A DNA stretch of 33,971 nt, from the IMG/VR virus record IMGVR_UViG_3300031565_000195, positions 1-33,971 of that record; one strand, written 5' to 3'. The stretch is from a virus. Taxonomy: Duplodnaviria > Caudoviricetes. The position numbers and the translations under genes were made by a program. Shown here piece by piece: positions 9,336 to 17,341 of the stretch. The notes under the pieces are model-generated. The model worked only from the letters and a program-made list of their open reading frames with translations, ran no database searches and was not told where the DNA came from. Each line of letters begins with the position of its first letter. The first letter of the stretch is position 1.

Positions 9336-10358
9336 TTAACCTGTAGTAATTGTGATAGATTTACCACCATAACCAACTGCATCAGCAGTATTGGTAAAAC
9401 AATATGTGGCTAGGTTGCACCAATAATCAAACCCATACATAAAACAGTCTTTGAGACCTATCATGTGAGTTGACCCACAATCATCAACGATACAATAATC
9501 CGGCATAGCTGCAAGATTTTCGTAAAAGTTATAGAATGTACATTGATCAAAGAGCAACAGACGATCAACTGCATAATCCGCTGCAAGATGAATTAACTTC
9601 GGATCAGAACTTCCGCTAGTTTCACATCTCATTTCAAACTGACAGTTACGGAAAATTGGTGCAAAACCAGCCACCGCACCACCCTCAAACAATACTGCAC
9701 CTGCTCCAACCGTACGGGCATTATTGCCGGCACTTCCAAAAAGGCAATTTTCTGCCGTAAATGCGTTACCCGCTCCTGCCGTCCCTGATGCAATAATAAG
9801 AGGAACACCACCATCAGCATGATTTAACTGATTGGCACCATTCCCTCCCCGTGGACGACAATTATTCATATAAGTATTCTTAGCGGAAATAAGGAAATCG
9901 CAACGGTTATCATTGCCACTATATGTGTTCATAGTTTGGAGTCCATGAATCTGCACATAGTTGCCAGTAATGTTAAAAATGTTATCCACTGCCGAAGTTG
10001 CACAATAAACCCTTACCGCACCTTCAGTAGCCGTTGTAGGACAATGCCTTTGATTCGGCCCGCCAAGACCAACTAAATGTGTTTGGTCTTTAGCCCATGT
10101 TAAAGATGCGGTGACTGTGTAATTTCCAGGAAAAACATAGACTGTATCGTTCCGGCCAGTCGTACAAGCAGCATAAGCATCGGCTACCGTAGTAAATAAT
10201 TTATCATGGGGAAGATTAGCTTCAGACCATGTCCTAAATTTATTGGTTGTGGAGTCTGCCGCTGTTACGAAAAAGGCATCTCCAGTGAGCCCCTGCGTAT
10301 TGGGGCCAACAGGTACACCAAAACTTGTTATCCCGTGTGGGAAATGTGTATAACTCAT
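9336..10358 (-). CDS. Right-handed beta-helix fibre/decoration protein, paralogue 1
   Basis: FTTVADAYAACTTGRNDTVYVFPGNY cap, many NC-x-F beta-helix turns; N-terminus shared with 7994-8914. Confidence 0.7.
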   Translation of the reverse strand: MSYTHFPHGITSFGVPVGPNTQGLTGDAFFVTAADSTTNKFRTWSEANLPHDKLFTTVADAYAACTTGRNDTVYVFPGNYTVTASLTWAKDQTHLVGLGGPNQRHCPTTATEGAVRVYCATSAVDNIFNITGNYVQIHGLQTMNTYSGNDNRCDFLISAKNTYMNNCRPRGGNGANQLNHADGGVPLIIASGTAGAGNAFTAENCLFGSAGNNARTVGAGAVLFEGGAVAGFAPIFRNCQFEMRCETSGSSDPKLIHLAADYAVDRLLLFDQCTFYNFYENLAAMPDYCIVDDCGSTHMIGLKDCFMYGFDYWCNLATYCFTNTADAVGYGGKSITITTG

Positions 10359-10370
10359 AATAAATCCTTT

Positions 10371-10466
10371 CTAGGAAACCTGCCCTGTCTCATGCACGTC
10401 CCGAGAGAATCACACTCTCGCTTACCCTATTGTATTAGGGGAAGCCCTCGTCAGGCTGTCCCCTAA
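10371..10466 (-). ncRNA. Candidate structured leader RNA, copy B
   Basis: Hairpin with TGACGAG loop, ATACAATAGGGTAAGC, stem GAGAG/CTCTC closing TGTGATT, CATGAGA, TTCC, then RBS. Confidence 0.6.
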
Positions 10467-10473
10467 TTTTTGT

Positions 10474-11397
10474 TTAACTCACGTTCTGTCCGTAGATCCA
10501 GCGCCAGTTTTTAAACCCATAGCCAATGTTCATATACACAGCTTGTTGCGTGATATATGTCATAAAATCTATCGTGGTTTTGGGTTCGGGCGCTATTCTG
10601 TCAATCCAGATCAAGTCTTGTTTCATCCGGGCCTTGTCAACCATGAACCAGTTATTGGTATCCGAATCATCAAGCCTCATATAAGGAATGACTTCATAAC
10701 GGCCGTAAGCCATATTGACGTTATCATGGGCCACATCCATGCCTTTGGGAGTTTTCACCAGTTCATAGGCATCGTCAGCCAAATAATCCGGTACGATCAA
10801 AGACAGATTATCGCCAATATCGATCCGCTCTGAAATATCGCTTCTGAATTTCCTCATCAGGATTCTCGTGGCGGCCACACCTGTTTTAGAAAAGGCAGTG
10901 GTTCCAGAGTTGCTAAAACCGGAAGATGTCGAAGTTCCTGACTTGGTTAGGTGAGCGGTGCTACAGAGAGACACGCCTTCCTCTGATTCCATGAAATCAA
11001 AGGCGCTTGAAAAGGCACCAGTAAAAGCCCTGGCACCGCATTTCTCTCGCACCCTATGTGCTGCCCGCATCAGGCCAGCAGATTCATTACGGAGAACGTT
11101 ATATTTCTTGTTATCGAGAAATTTCCGTTCCCACTGCAAGCCGCCTGCGTACTCTTTAGGTTCAATTTTCGTATGATAACCCGGATACCTGGCAAGAAAC
11201 GTAATCTTGCCGTTAAATTCTGGAATATCCGGCACATCGCCTACATTGTAGAACTCTTCCCATGCACTATCACTATCAAGCATCCGATAGAGAGTAGGGA
11301 TCATGGAAGGAAGTTCATTGTAGGCATTTTCCGACACTTCTCTGAGATCCTCTACGAGCAACCTCACAAATGCTGCACTGTCCAGTGGATTAGCCAT
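10474..11397 (-). CDS. Major capsid protein (Mu gpT-like, HK97 fold)
   Basis: 307 aa; LIVP..L...A..L, L.D.D.NNWF and C-terminal GYGFKNWRWIYG motifs; downstream of portal and scaffold. Confidence 0.85.
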   Translation of the reverse strand: MANPLDSAAFVRLLVEDLREVSENAYNELPSMIPTLYRMLDSDSAWEEFYNVGDVPDIPEFNGKITFLARYPGYHTKIEPKEYAGGLQWERKFLDNKKYNVLRNESAGLMRAAHRVREKCGARAFTGAFSSAFDFMESEEGVSLCSTAHLTKSGTSTSSGFSNSGTTAFSKTGVAATRILMRKFRSDISERIDIGDNLSLIVPDYLADDAYELVKTPKGMDVAHDNVNMAYGRYEVIPYMRLDDSDTNNWFMVDKARMKQDLIWIDRIAPEPKTTIDFMTYITQQAVYMNIGYGFKNWRWIYGQNVS

Positions 11398-11411
11398 AGT
11401 TTATTTCCTCC

Positions 11412-12230
11412 TTATGATGCCCTTTGAGTGGCATACGGGCCAAAGTTCATAATGTTCCAACGAAATTCACAATATTCGTTGCCTTTTTCGGCAAGGTTAA
11501 GTCTGATTACATCAATGGTGTAACTGTTTGTTCCACATCCGTCAGCGATATCGAAACAGTTGCAATAGGTAGCCGCAAGCTGACACTTCCCATAACCAAA
11601 CAAGGGAAGATTAACCACGAGAACCGTATCACCCGCTTCCATATCAGCATACATAGGTATGTTAAAATCATGTTCTGTGGTACTCACAGTATCCATTATT
11701 CTGTATTGACCTGCGTTCTTGCCTTTCCTCACATAATAAGTACACAACCCATCAAGCGGGGTACAATCTGTGGTAGCCACTGTATCGCCACTAAGACCAT
11801 TAGTATCAGTAGTAGCGACCGTTTCTTCCGTTGGAGGCGTTCCCGGAGCAGTAACCACGAGATTTGTTCTCAGAATCGTGGTGGGATCAATGAGAGTACA
11901 TTTAACCATTGCTTCCCTTGCCCCGGCAGCCAGATGCCCACCTGTGCTCACATATTCGGTAGTAGAATCATGGGGGCTCACATAGGAAATGTACTCACAT
12001 TTGCCAGCCGCACTATAAAGCGGCCTTCTCAGGTTGTTCCCAATAACGGCACCAAACGGCGTATCAATATTGGTCTGAGCCATGTGCCCAGAAGCTACAG
12101 GGAATTGAATCATCGCATAATCATCAGCAACGGCAGATTTATCACGGCATACACAAGCGCCGTTATAAACATCTCCGTAGATTGGAACCCATATCGCATG
12201 AGGAGTGCCATAAGCCTGTGAAATAGGCAT
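11412..12230 (-). CDS. Putative capsid cement/decoration protein
   Basis: Start moved to ATG 12230 (AAGGAG RBS); beta-rich; immediately upstream of the MCP. Confidence 0.5.
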   Translation of the reverse strand: MPISQAYGTPHAIWVPIYGDVYNGACVCRDKSAVADDYAMIQFPVASGHMAQTNIDTPFGAVIGNNLRRPLYSAAGKCEYISYVSPHDSTTEYVSTGGHLAAGAREAMVKCTLIDPTTILRTNLVVTAPGTPPTEETVATTDTNGLSGDTVATTDCTPLDGLCTYYVRKGKNAGQYRIMDTVSTTEHDFNIPMYADMEAGDTVLVVNLPLFGYGKCQLAATYCNCFDIADGCGTNSYTIDVIRLNLAEKGNEYCEFRWNIMNFGPYATQRAS

Positions 12231-12253
12231 GATAAACTCCTTTCTTGTTTTAG

Positions 12254-12610
12254 TTAATAATCGCCTCTCCAATTCGGAGAGCCGCACAATGGACAACCTG
12301 AATTCACCACCGGTTGATACCGAGTACTGGCCCACGTCCCTCCTGCCGCTTCGCAGATGGTTTGTGTCTTACCCGCTGCTCCCTGACAGTGATAGGCGGT
12401 GTTGCCATACTGATCCAACTGGGTATATGCCGTTGGCGTAATATCGGCTTTGCTTTCCGGCCCACCGAGTTCATCTCTGTCCACGTTACAGATGAACCCG
12501 CAATTCCAGCAGCGATAGTACTTGCCGTAATCCTCCCCACCGCCTCGCACGGAATTGCCGCGCACGGGGATGGTTCGTGATTCCTTGGGAAGCCTATGCT
12601 GGTAAGCCAT
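12254..12610 (-). CDS. Cys-rich zinc-ribbon hypothetical protein
   Basis: CWNCG...CPLCG; ATG 12610 with GGAGG RBS just after the terminator T-tract. Confidence 0.7.
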   Translation of the reverse strand: MAYQHRLPKESRTIPVRGNSVRGGGEDYGKYYRCWNCGFICNVDRDELGGPESKADITPTAYTQLDQYGNTAYHCQGAAGKTQTICEAAGGTWASTRYQPVVNSGCPLCGSPNWRGDY

Positions 12611-12626
12611 ACTTGCCTCCATAAAC

Positions 12627-12683
12627 AAAAAAAGCCCCACGGGGATATCTCCCGGTAGGGCTTCAATTTTCTTGAGTGTCCCT
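12627..12683 (-). promoter_or_regulatory. Antiterminator/terminator switch element, copy 3
   Basis: AGGGACACTC-AAGAAAATT-GAAGCCCT overlapping terminator stem AAGCCCTAC/GTGGGGCTT plus T7. Confidence 0.8.
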
Positions 12684-12698
12684 GAAAATTAAATTCTA

Positions 12699-13445
12699 CT
12701 AATATCTCTTAGCAATGGATAAGGGCAAATCAGAAGCCAGTGCCTTTTTAACCGCCTCTTCGCTCATGCCCGTAGCTTTTACATAATCTTCCGCGAAACT
12801 ATCGAGTTTCGGCATCGGAGTTTCTTTCTCAACCACCGGCTCTCCTTCGGAACCTGCCCCGAGAGGCAAGTCGTTACCTTTCCCCTTCAAGGGATTTTCC
12901 GGGGTTCCTGATTTCTTCTTGTAATAGGCGTTGGATGCTTCGAGATAGTTATAACGGGCATCCGCTTGAGGATCGTTTGACCGCCTGACGTTGTGGTTGG
13001 CTTGAAACTCTTTCAATATGGCCTCGTAATCGGCCTCATCTTCTTTGGCCTTGTACTGGCCGATGGTTCTGAAATAAGCCGTGTTGTAATCGGCATCCGC
13101 TTTCTTTTGGGCAGATTCCCTGGCCCTCATTTTTTTATCCCAATAATCATCGAGTTCCTTTTTGTTGAGAATCCGTTCTCCATCAAACTCATCCATTTCC
13201 GGGGTTTCCTTCTTTTCCAATAGTTGATCAATCTTGTCGCTGATAGACCCTATTTCAGAATCTATCTTCTCGTTCAATTCCTTGACCTTTCGCCCCAGAT
13301 CGGAGCGTTCCTTGTGCTCCTCTAATTTCTCCCTGGCCGCTATCGCTTCGGGGGTTTCCTCCGGTTCTTTGACTTCCGGTTCCTTTACCTCTTCTCCCGC
13401 AACAGCGTTGTTCAATGCCTCTTCACTCTCCTTCTCTTTTGCCAT
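12699..13445 (-). CDS. Putative capsid scaffolding protein
   Basis: Start moved to ATG 13445; acidic EP-rich N-terminus, coiled coil, short helical C-terminal domain; between portal and MCP. Confidence 0.65.
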   Translation of the reverse strand: MAKEKESEEALNNAVAGEEVKEPEVKEPEETPEAIAAREKLEEHKERSDLGRKVKELNEKIDSEIGSISDKIDQLLEKKETPEMDEFDGERILNKKELDDYWDKKMRARESAQKKADADYNTAYFRTIGQYKAKEDEADYEAILKEFQANHNVRRSNDPQADARYNYLEASNAYYKKKSGTPENPLKGKGNDLPLGAGSEGEPVVEKETPMPKLDSFAEDYVKATGMSEEAVKKALASDLPLSIAKRY

Positions 13446-13447
13446 GT

Positions 13448-13753
13448 TTACCCTTCCTTCATGGTTGTTAGATTCTTGGCATGAGAATTTATCCTGTCCT
13501 TGAAATCCCTGAGTAGTTCCAGACACACCCTGTATTCTGCCCTGTCCTTTTCATCGGCTTCTTCGGAGATAATCTTATCCAGTTTCGCATCGGTCATACT
13601 TAACAGGTGGCCTAGAATCTCTTTTCCGGCAGGTGTTTCCCATGCGTTTATAAACTGCTTGTCTTTGCCTAAGACGGATAGGAGCCTGGAAGTCCTCTCG
13701 GCCCCATGCCTCTTGGTATATCTCTCTACATCATCCACGTTGATCTCAGGCAT
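13448..13753 (-). CDS. Small helical protein downstream of the portal
   Basis: F...TPAGKEIL..L motif common in small post-portal podovirus genes; AAGGAGG RBS. Confidence 0.65.
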   Translation of the reverse strand: MPEINVDDVERYTKRHGAERTSRLLSVLGKDKQFINAWETPAGKEILGHLLSMTDAKLDKIISEEADEKDRAEYRVCLELLRDFKDRINSHAKNLTTMKEG

Positions 13754-13777
13754 AACCCTCCTTAGTTTGGTTCTAAT

Positions 13778-13839
13778 AAAAAAAGCCCCATGAAGAGGGG
13801 TTTCCTCTCCATAGGGCTTCCTTTATCGGGAGCGTCCCT
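13778..13839 (-). promoter_or_regulatory. Antiterminator/terminator switch element, copy 2
   Basis: AGGGACGCTC-CCGATAAAG-GAAGCCCT overlapping 16-bp terminator stem AAGCCCTATGGAGAGG/CCTCTTCATGGGGCTT plus T7. Confidence 0.8.
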
Positions 13840-13941
13840 AGATTAAACCAAAAAATCTAACTGCTTACCAGGTCATCTCATCCTCCTTCCTTAATCAAAG
13901 AAATCAGTTTCTATATAATTAAAAAGTGTAAGTTACGCTTA

Positions 13942-13970
13942 ATCATATACAACTAAAAATCTAATGTCAA
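13942..13970 (-). promoter_or_regulatory. Sigma70-type internal promoter
   Basis: TTGACA-17 bp-TATGAT immediately after the portal stop codon. Confidence 0.6.
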
Positions 13971-13978
13971 CTATTTTC

Positions 13979-15937
13979 TTATCCATACCCTCCCATCGCT
14001 TCTCTGGCCCCTCCCTCTTGTGAGCTCATAGGTATCTGATTCTGATTAGAGGGGCTTCCTTCCATGCCCGGTTGCCCACCTCCACCTTGACCTTTCGGCT
14101 CGATATCGGTTGCGAGAAACGCTTCCGCAAAATTCACATACTCATCACCCATCAAACCGCACATCTTGGCAAACACATAATTTATCGTATTCGCCTTGCC
14201 GGTCTGCACAGCAATGGTGAAAATCTGCTGCCACATCCTTAATTTTGCCATCTTGGACTGTTCGGATTCTATGGACTGAGAAAGCGGCTTGAAGGTGTAA
14301 TCGAGGGTGGGGTTGAAATCGTAAACCTTTTTGCCCATTAGCTTGAGCCCTGTCTGCGGATAGGCGAAGGTAAAGGTCATTTGCTGTATCATCCAGTAAA
14401 GTTCATGCAGGAAGGTATGTTCAAAGGTCATGGACTTATAGTTTGTCCGGTTGCTTACCTTCCCTTCTGCGCCCACTACGGCGGTTGCGGTTGTACTGGC
14501 CTTACCGGGCAGATCCCCCATTGTGGTCGGGTAAATGGACATAACCTGATCCATCTTGGTCGAATACATGTTTATTTGGATCATAGCCCCCTGGATATCA
14601 TCGTCTATCTCCATCTCCACAAGGTCTTCCTTGGGATTTTCAAGTTCAATGACATGCTCGGGTTCGATATAAAGCGAAGTGTTATCCTCGGTGACGTATC
14701 TTTTGCCCTTCATGGTAGGGAGAGTGGCAAGCATTACCCTGTCATTGCTCACATTGGCCGTATCGTCTATGCCTTTTTGCAGGTCTCGGGCATATTTACC
14801 GTCACCCATGCCCCCGTCCTTGGAGGGGTGGATGTAGCAAAGACCCCGTATCACGGGTTTATAGGGTGTTCCGGCTGAATCGACATAGGGCGTGGGGTGG
14901 AAGGCAATCAAGGTTGAATGGCCGGCGGCTTTGGCAAACACCATAATCACTTCTATAAACTCGGCATTGCTCAATGGTTTCCCGTCCATGTCTATTCCCG
15001 GTTTCACCTTTATCGGGTACTGGTCCTCTGCTCTTTCCTGTACTATCGCCCAATACTTGCCGAGCCGCTTGTAGATATCGAACGGCTTTTCCCCGATGAA
15101 AACGGGGGCAGGGGGCGTGTTTTTATCCTTGTCCCTGGTTTCCCTGGCTGTCTCTGTCTGCTCTACCCCTTTTTTATCCTCCAAAAGATGTAGGTTGATA
15201 TAGCCTTCCTTGGCTTTCGCCTTTTTCAGATCCGTTAGGGTTTTCTCTGATCGGAGGTATATAAAATCCTTTTGCTGGAGCGAATAGACGTACTTGTTGT
15301 CAGTGACTACATTCCGGGGGTCGAGTATCTCATAGTTGAACCTGTCTATCACGGGAACCTGGCCGTATTGGTCCTCTTCCACCACTTTTGTAGCGGGAAC
15401 CTGGATTTCCCTGTCTACGATATCATTGCCGTAAATATCATAATCCAGCTCTTCTCTCCGGCTGGTAATGCCAACGATATCCCGCCTGGTTTCCTGCTCC
15501 CACCAACACTCGGCGTATACCCTGCCGCTCAGATTGTTGTTGAGCTTTCCCCGGACGAACTTGAAATAATGGTACAGGTGGTTTTGATTGAGGGTGCGGT
15601 TGATGAGTTCTTTCGTGGCAGCCGCATTTCTCAGGGATTGCTCGCCCTCATCCTCGATATAGCATTCCACAAAGTCCCTGGTCTGGAAATATTGGGCCAC
15701 ATCAAGGGATGATTGCGTTAGGACGTGGGCGGCAAATTCCGGTATACTGATATCGCTCATCCAGTCATATTCTTTCTCCGGGCGTTCGGCATCGAGAAGG
15801 GCAACGTAGGTTTCATAGTCCTCATTATCCTGCCGGGAGAATCCCTTGTAGGTCTCGTACTCGCCCGTGAGGAGTTTGCTTGCGAGTATTGCTTCTACCC
15901 GCTCATCGAATTCATGGTTTACTTTTGGTCGTCCCAT
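13979..15937 (-). CDS. Portal protein (P22/N4-like)
   Basis: Start moved to ATG 15937; ~652 aa; LQKGIDD..N...D, TAT motif and Gly/Gln/Pro-rich tail; between TerL and scaffold. Confidence 0.85.
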   Translation of the reverse strand: MGRPKVNHEFDERVEAILASKLLTGEYETYKGFSRQDNEDYETYVALLDAERPEKEYDWMSDISIPEFAAHVLTQSSLDVAQYFQTRDFVECYIEDEGEQSLRNAAATKELINRTLNQNHLYHYFKFVRGKLNNNLSGRVYAECWWEQETRRDIVGITSRREELDYDIYGNDIVDREIQVPATKVVEEDQYGQVPVIDRFNYEILDPRNVVTDNKYVYSLQQKDFIYLRSEKTLTDLKKAKAKEGYINLHLLEDKKGVEQTETARETRDKDKNTPPAPVFIGEKPFDIYKRLGKYWAIVQERAEDQYPIKVKPGIDMDGKPLSNAEFIEVIMVFAKAAGHSTLIAFHPTPYVDSAGTPYKPVIRGLCYIHPSKDGGMGDGKYARDLQKGIDDTANVSNDRVMLATLPTMKGKRYVTEDNTSLYIEPEHVIELENPKEDLVEMEIDDDIQGAMIQINMYSTKMDQVMSIYPTTMGDLPGKASTTATAVVGAEGKVSNRTNYKSMTFEHTFLHELYWMIQQMTFTFAYPQTGLKLMGKKVYDFNPTLDYTFKPLSQSIESEQSKMAKLRMWQQIFTIAVQTGKANTINYVFAKMCGLMGDEYVNFAEAFLATDIEPKGQGGGGQPGMEGSPSNQNQIPMSSQEGGAREAMGGYG

Positions 15938-15951
15938 TGGTTCCCCCAAAT

Positions 15952-16016
15952 AAAAAAGTCCCACCAAAAGACTTGATAGCCTTCTAGTAGGGCTTCTAGT
16001 TGATTAGAGCGTCCCT
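15952..16016 (-). promoter_or_regulatory. Antiterminator/terminator switch element, copy 1
   Basis: AGGGACGCTC-TAATCAACTA-GAAGCCCT overlapping long terminator stem AAGCCCTACTAGAAGGCT/AGTCTTTTGGTGGGACTT plus T6, just before the portal RBS. Confidence 0.8.
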
Positions 16017-16024
16017 AAGTTATA

Positions 16025-16225
16025 TTACGCCGTCGTTATCTGCATCATGTCTTCATCTTTCCGCCATATCAATGTCCCGGTTTTAAAATCAAACAATTCT
16101 GCTAATGATTTCCCGCTTTCTTCTGTTGCCTTAGTAAACTCATACCAAGGATATTGTATTATTTTTTTATCCTCACTTTTTTTTATAAATATCCCCGGAT
16201 AAAAAGAAGGAATTTTTTCTTCCAT
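16025..16225 (-). CDS. Hypothetical protein
   Basis: ATG 16225 with GGGGGAG RBS; AT-rich. Confidence 0.55.
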   Translation of the reverse strand: MEEKIPSFYPGIFIKKSEDKKIIQYPWYEFTKATEESGKSLAELFDFKTGTLIWRKDEDMMQITTA

Positions 16226-16349
16226 CACTCCCCCCACCATCTAGCTGGTAAAGTTTGATTTCCAATTCCATTTAATGGAGGATTTCCAAGGTCGAAAATA
16301 GATCCAGTCTTGCTAATAAATAAAAGGTCTACATACCATAAATAAAACA

Positions 16350-16541
16350 TCACTCCTCCAACATCTCCCCCTTAATGGTCTCCCTCACGTTCACATGGCT
16401 TATCCCGCCCTTGAACATATTAATCTCAGTCTCAACCGGTATATCATGCTTGCCTATCTGAATTATGCCCTTGAATGATATATTACCAACCTTCTTCGTG
16501 TCAAGGAAATTCTGTAGTAGCTTAACGAGGGGGTGTGTCAT
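16350..16541 (-). CDS. Small DUF2292/YezD-like protein, candidate antiterminator
   Basis: Helix then K..GNI.F...INMFKGGISHVNVRETIK, resembling by eye the DUF2292 G-x-I-x-I...G-x-I...E-x-x-K pattern; not confirmed by search. Confidence 0.45.
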   Translation of the reverse strand: MTHPLVKLLQNFLDTKKVGNISFKGIIQIGKHDIPVETEINMFKGGISHVNVRETIKGEMLEE

Positions 16542-16684
16542 ATCTTAAACACCACCGGGCTTATCAATCGTTTTAAGACCCTTTTGCACTTCGGGCACCT
16601 TATCTTCGTGTCGAACTTGTGGAGCCGGACAAATATCTCGAAGATGCGTTTACAGTGCTTGCAGCGGAAATCATATAAAGGCAT
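16538..16684 (-). CDS. FmdB-family zinc-ribbon protein (48 aa, not in ORF track)
   Basis: MPLYDFRCKHCKRIFE...CPKCKRVLKRLISP read by hand; coupled to both neighbours. Confidence 0.8.
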   Translation of the reverse strand: MPLYDFRCKHCKRIFEIFVRLHKFDTKIRCPKCKRVLKRLISPVVFKI

Positions 16685-16900
16685 CTACCTATTCCTCTCC
16701 TTCCATTCCCGTTCCTTGATTTTCTCCATGTTATGCTCGTCCCTGCCTTTCTGATCGTCCAAATAGGTGTTCTCCCTGGTATATCCCTGCCGCTTCATCA
16801 TGGTTCCACACCGGGGGCAGTCCATCCAGCGTTGACGGCCAACAAGGGCCTTCTGGACACGGGCACCACATTTAGGGCAGTCGAAGCTATAGAGGGGCAT
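16685..16900 (-). CDS. FmdB-family zinc-ribbon protein
   Basis: MPLYSFDCPKCG...CPRCGTMMKR. Confidence 0.75.
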   Translation of the reverse strand: MPLYSFDCPKCGARVQKALVGRQRWMDCPRCGTMMKRQGYTRENTYLDDQKGRDEHNMEKIKEREWKERNR

Positions 16901-17109
16901 TATTTTTCTCCTATTAATTTACGTAACACAGACGCCTCTGGCAAACCTGATTCGTATATCGCTTCAGGAAAACTCAATCCCTTGCCATTTTTTAAAACCC
17001 TATTATAGTTGCGCGCTATTTTATTCCCTTTCCTGTTGACGATGCCCCATTGTTTCTTTGCCATTTCACCGAATAAGACGGACGCAAAATTGGCTTGTAT
17101 CTCGGGCAT
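16900..17109 (-). CDS. Hypothetical protein
   Basis: ATG 17109 with GAGGAG RBS; TAATG coupling to the next gene. Confidence 0.6.
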   Translation of the reverse strand: MPEIQANFASVLFGEMAKKQWGIVNRKGNKIARNYNRVLKNGKGLSFPEAIYESGLPEASVLRKLIGEK

Positions 17110-17110
17110 A

Positions 17111-17341
17111 TTAATACTCCTCTTCATCGTTGAGACTTGCTATATCATCAGCACAGGATTTACATACAGTAGCACGACCAACTATATATCTGCCCCACTC
17201 AAATGAACCATGATCTTTAATAATCCTTTGAACATCTTCCTTGGAGCAAGTATATCCGGCCTTTCTGTAAATGAGTGTTTCCCCACAAAAAAAACAACTC
17301 CTTGCTTCGTAATTACATTTTAGTTCTATTTTCCCCATCAC
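17111..17341 (-). CDS. Small Cys-rich (CxxC...CxxC) hypothetical protein
   Basis: CFFCG...CKSC. Confidence 0.6.
   Translation of the reverse strand: MMGKIELKCNYEARSCFFCGETLIYRKAGYTCSKEDVQRIIKDHGSFEWGRYIVGRATVCKSCADDIASLNDEEEY

Noticed and set aside
10440-10460. CTGACGAG (minus strand) resembling a hammerhead ribozyme core
   Set aside because: It sits in a hairpin loop with no following stem II-GAAA, and copy A has TTGATGAG
10358-10476. Read-through or frameshift fusing the MCP to the beta-helix protein
   Set aside because: All three minus-strand frames hit stop codons in the intergenic region
11424-12221. 265-aa plus-strand ORF and other plus-strand ORFs within 1-32500
   Set aside because: Antisense shadows of well-supported minus-strand genes, without recognisable motifs
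16002-16011. CGCTCTAA as a lambda boxA-like nut site
   Set aside because: Only two of four copies resemble it, and the variable bases are better explained by stem covariation
9031-16016. The repeated element as a CRISPR array, att site or IS end
   Set aside because: Copies are kilobases apart, always fused to terminators, with no spacers, recombinase or transposase
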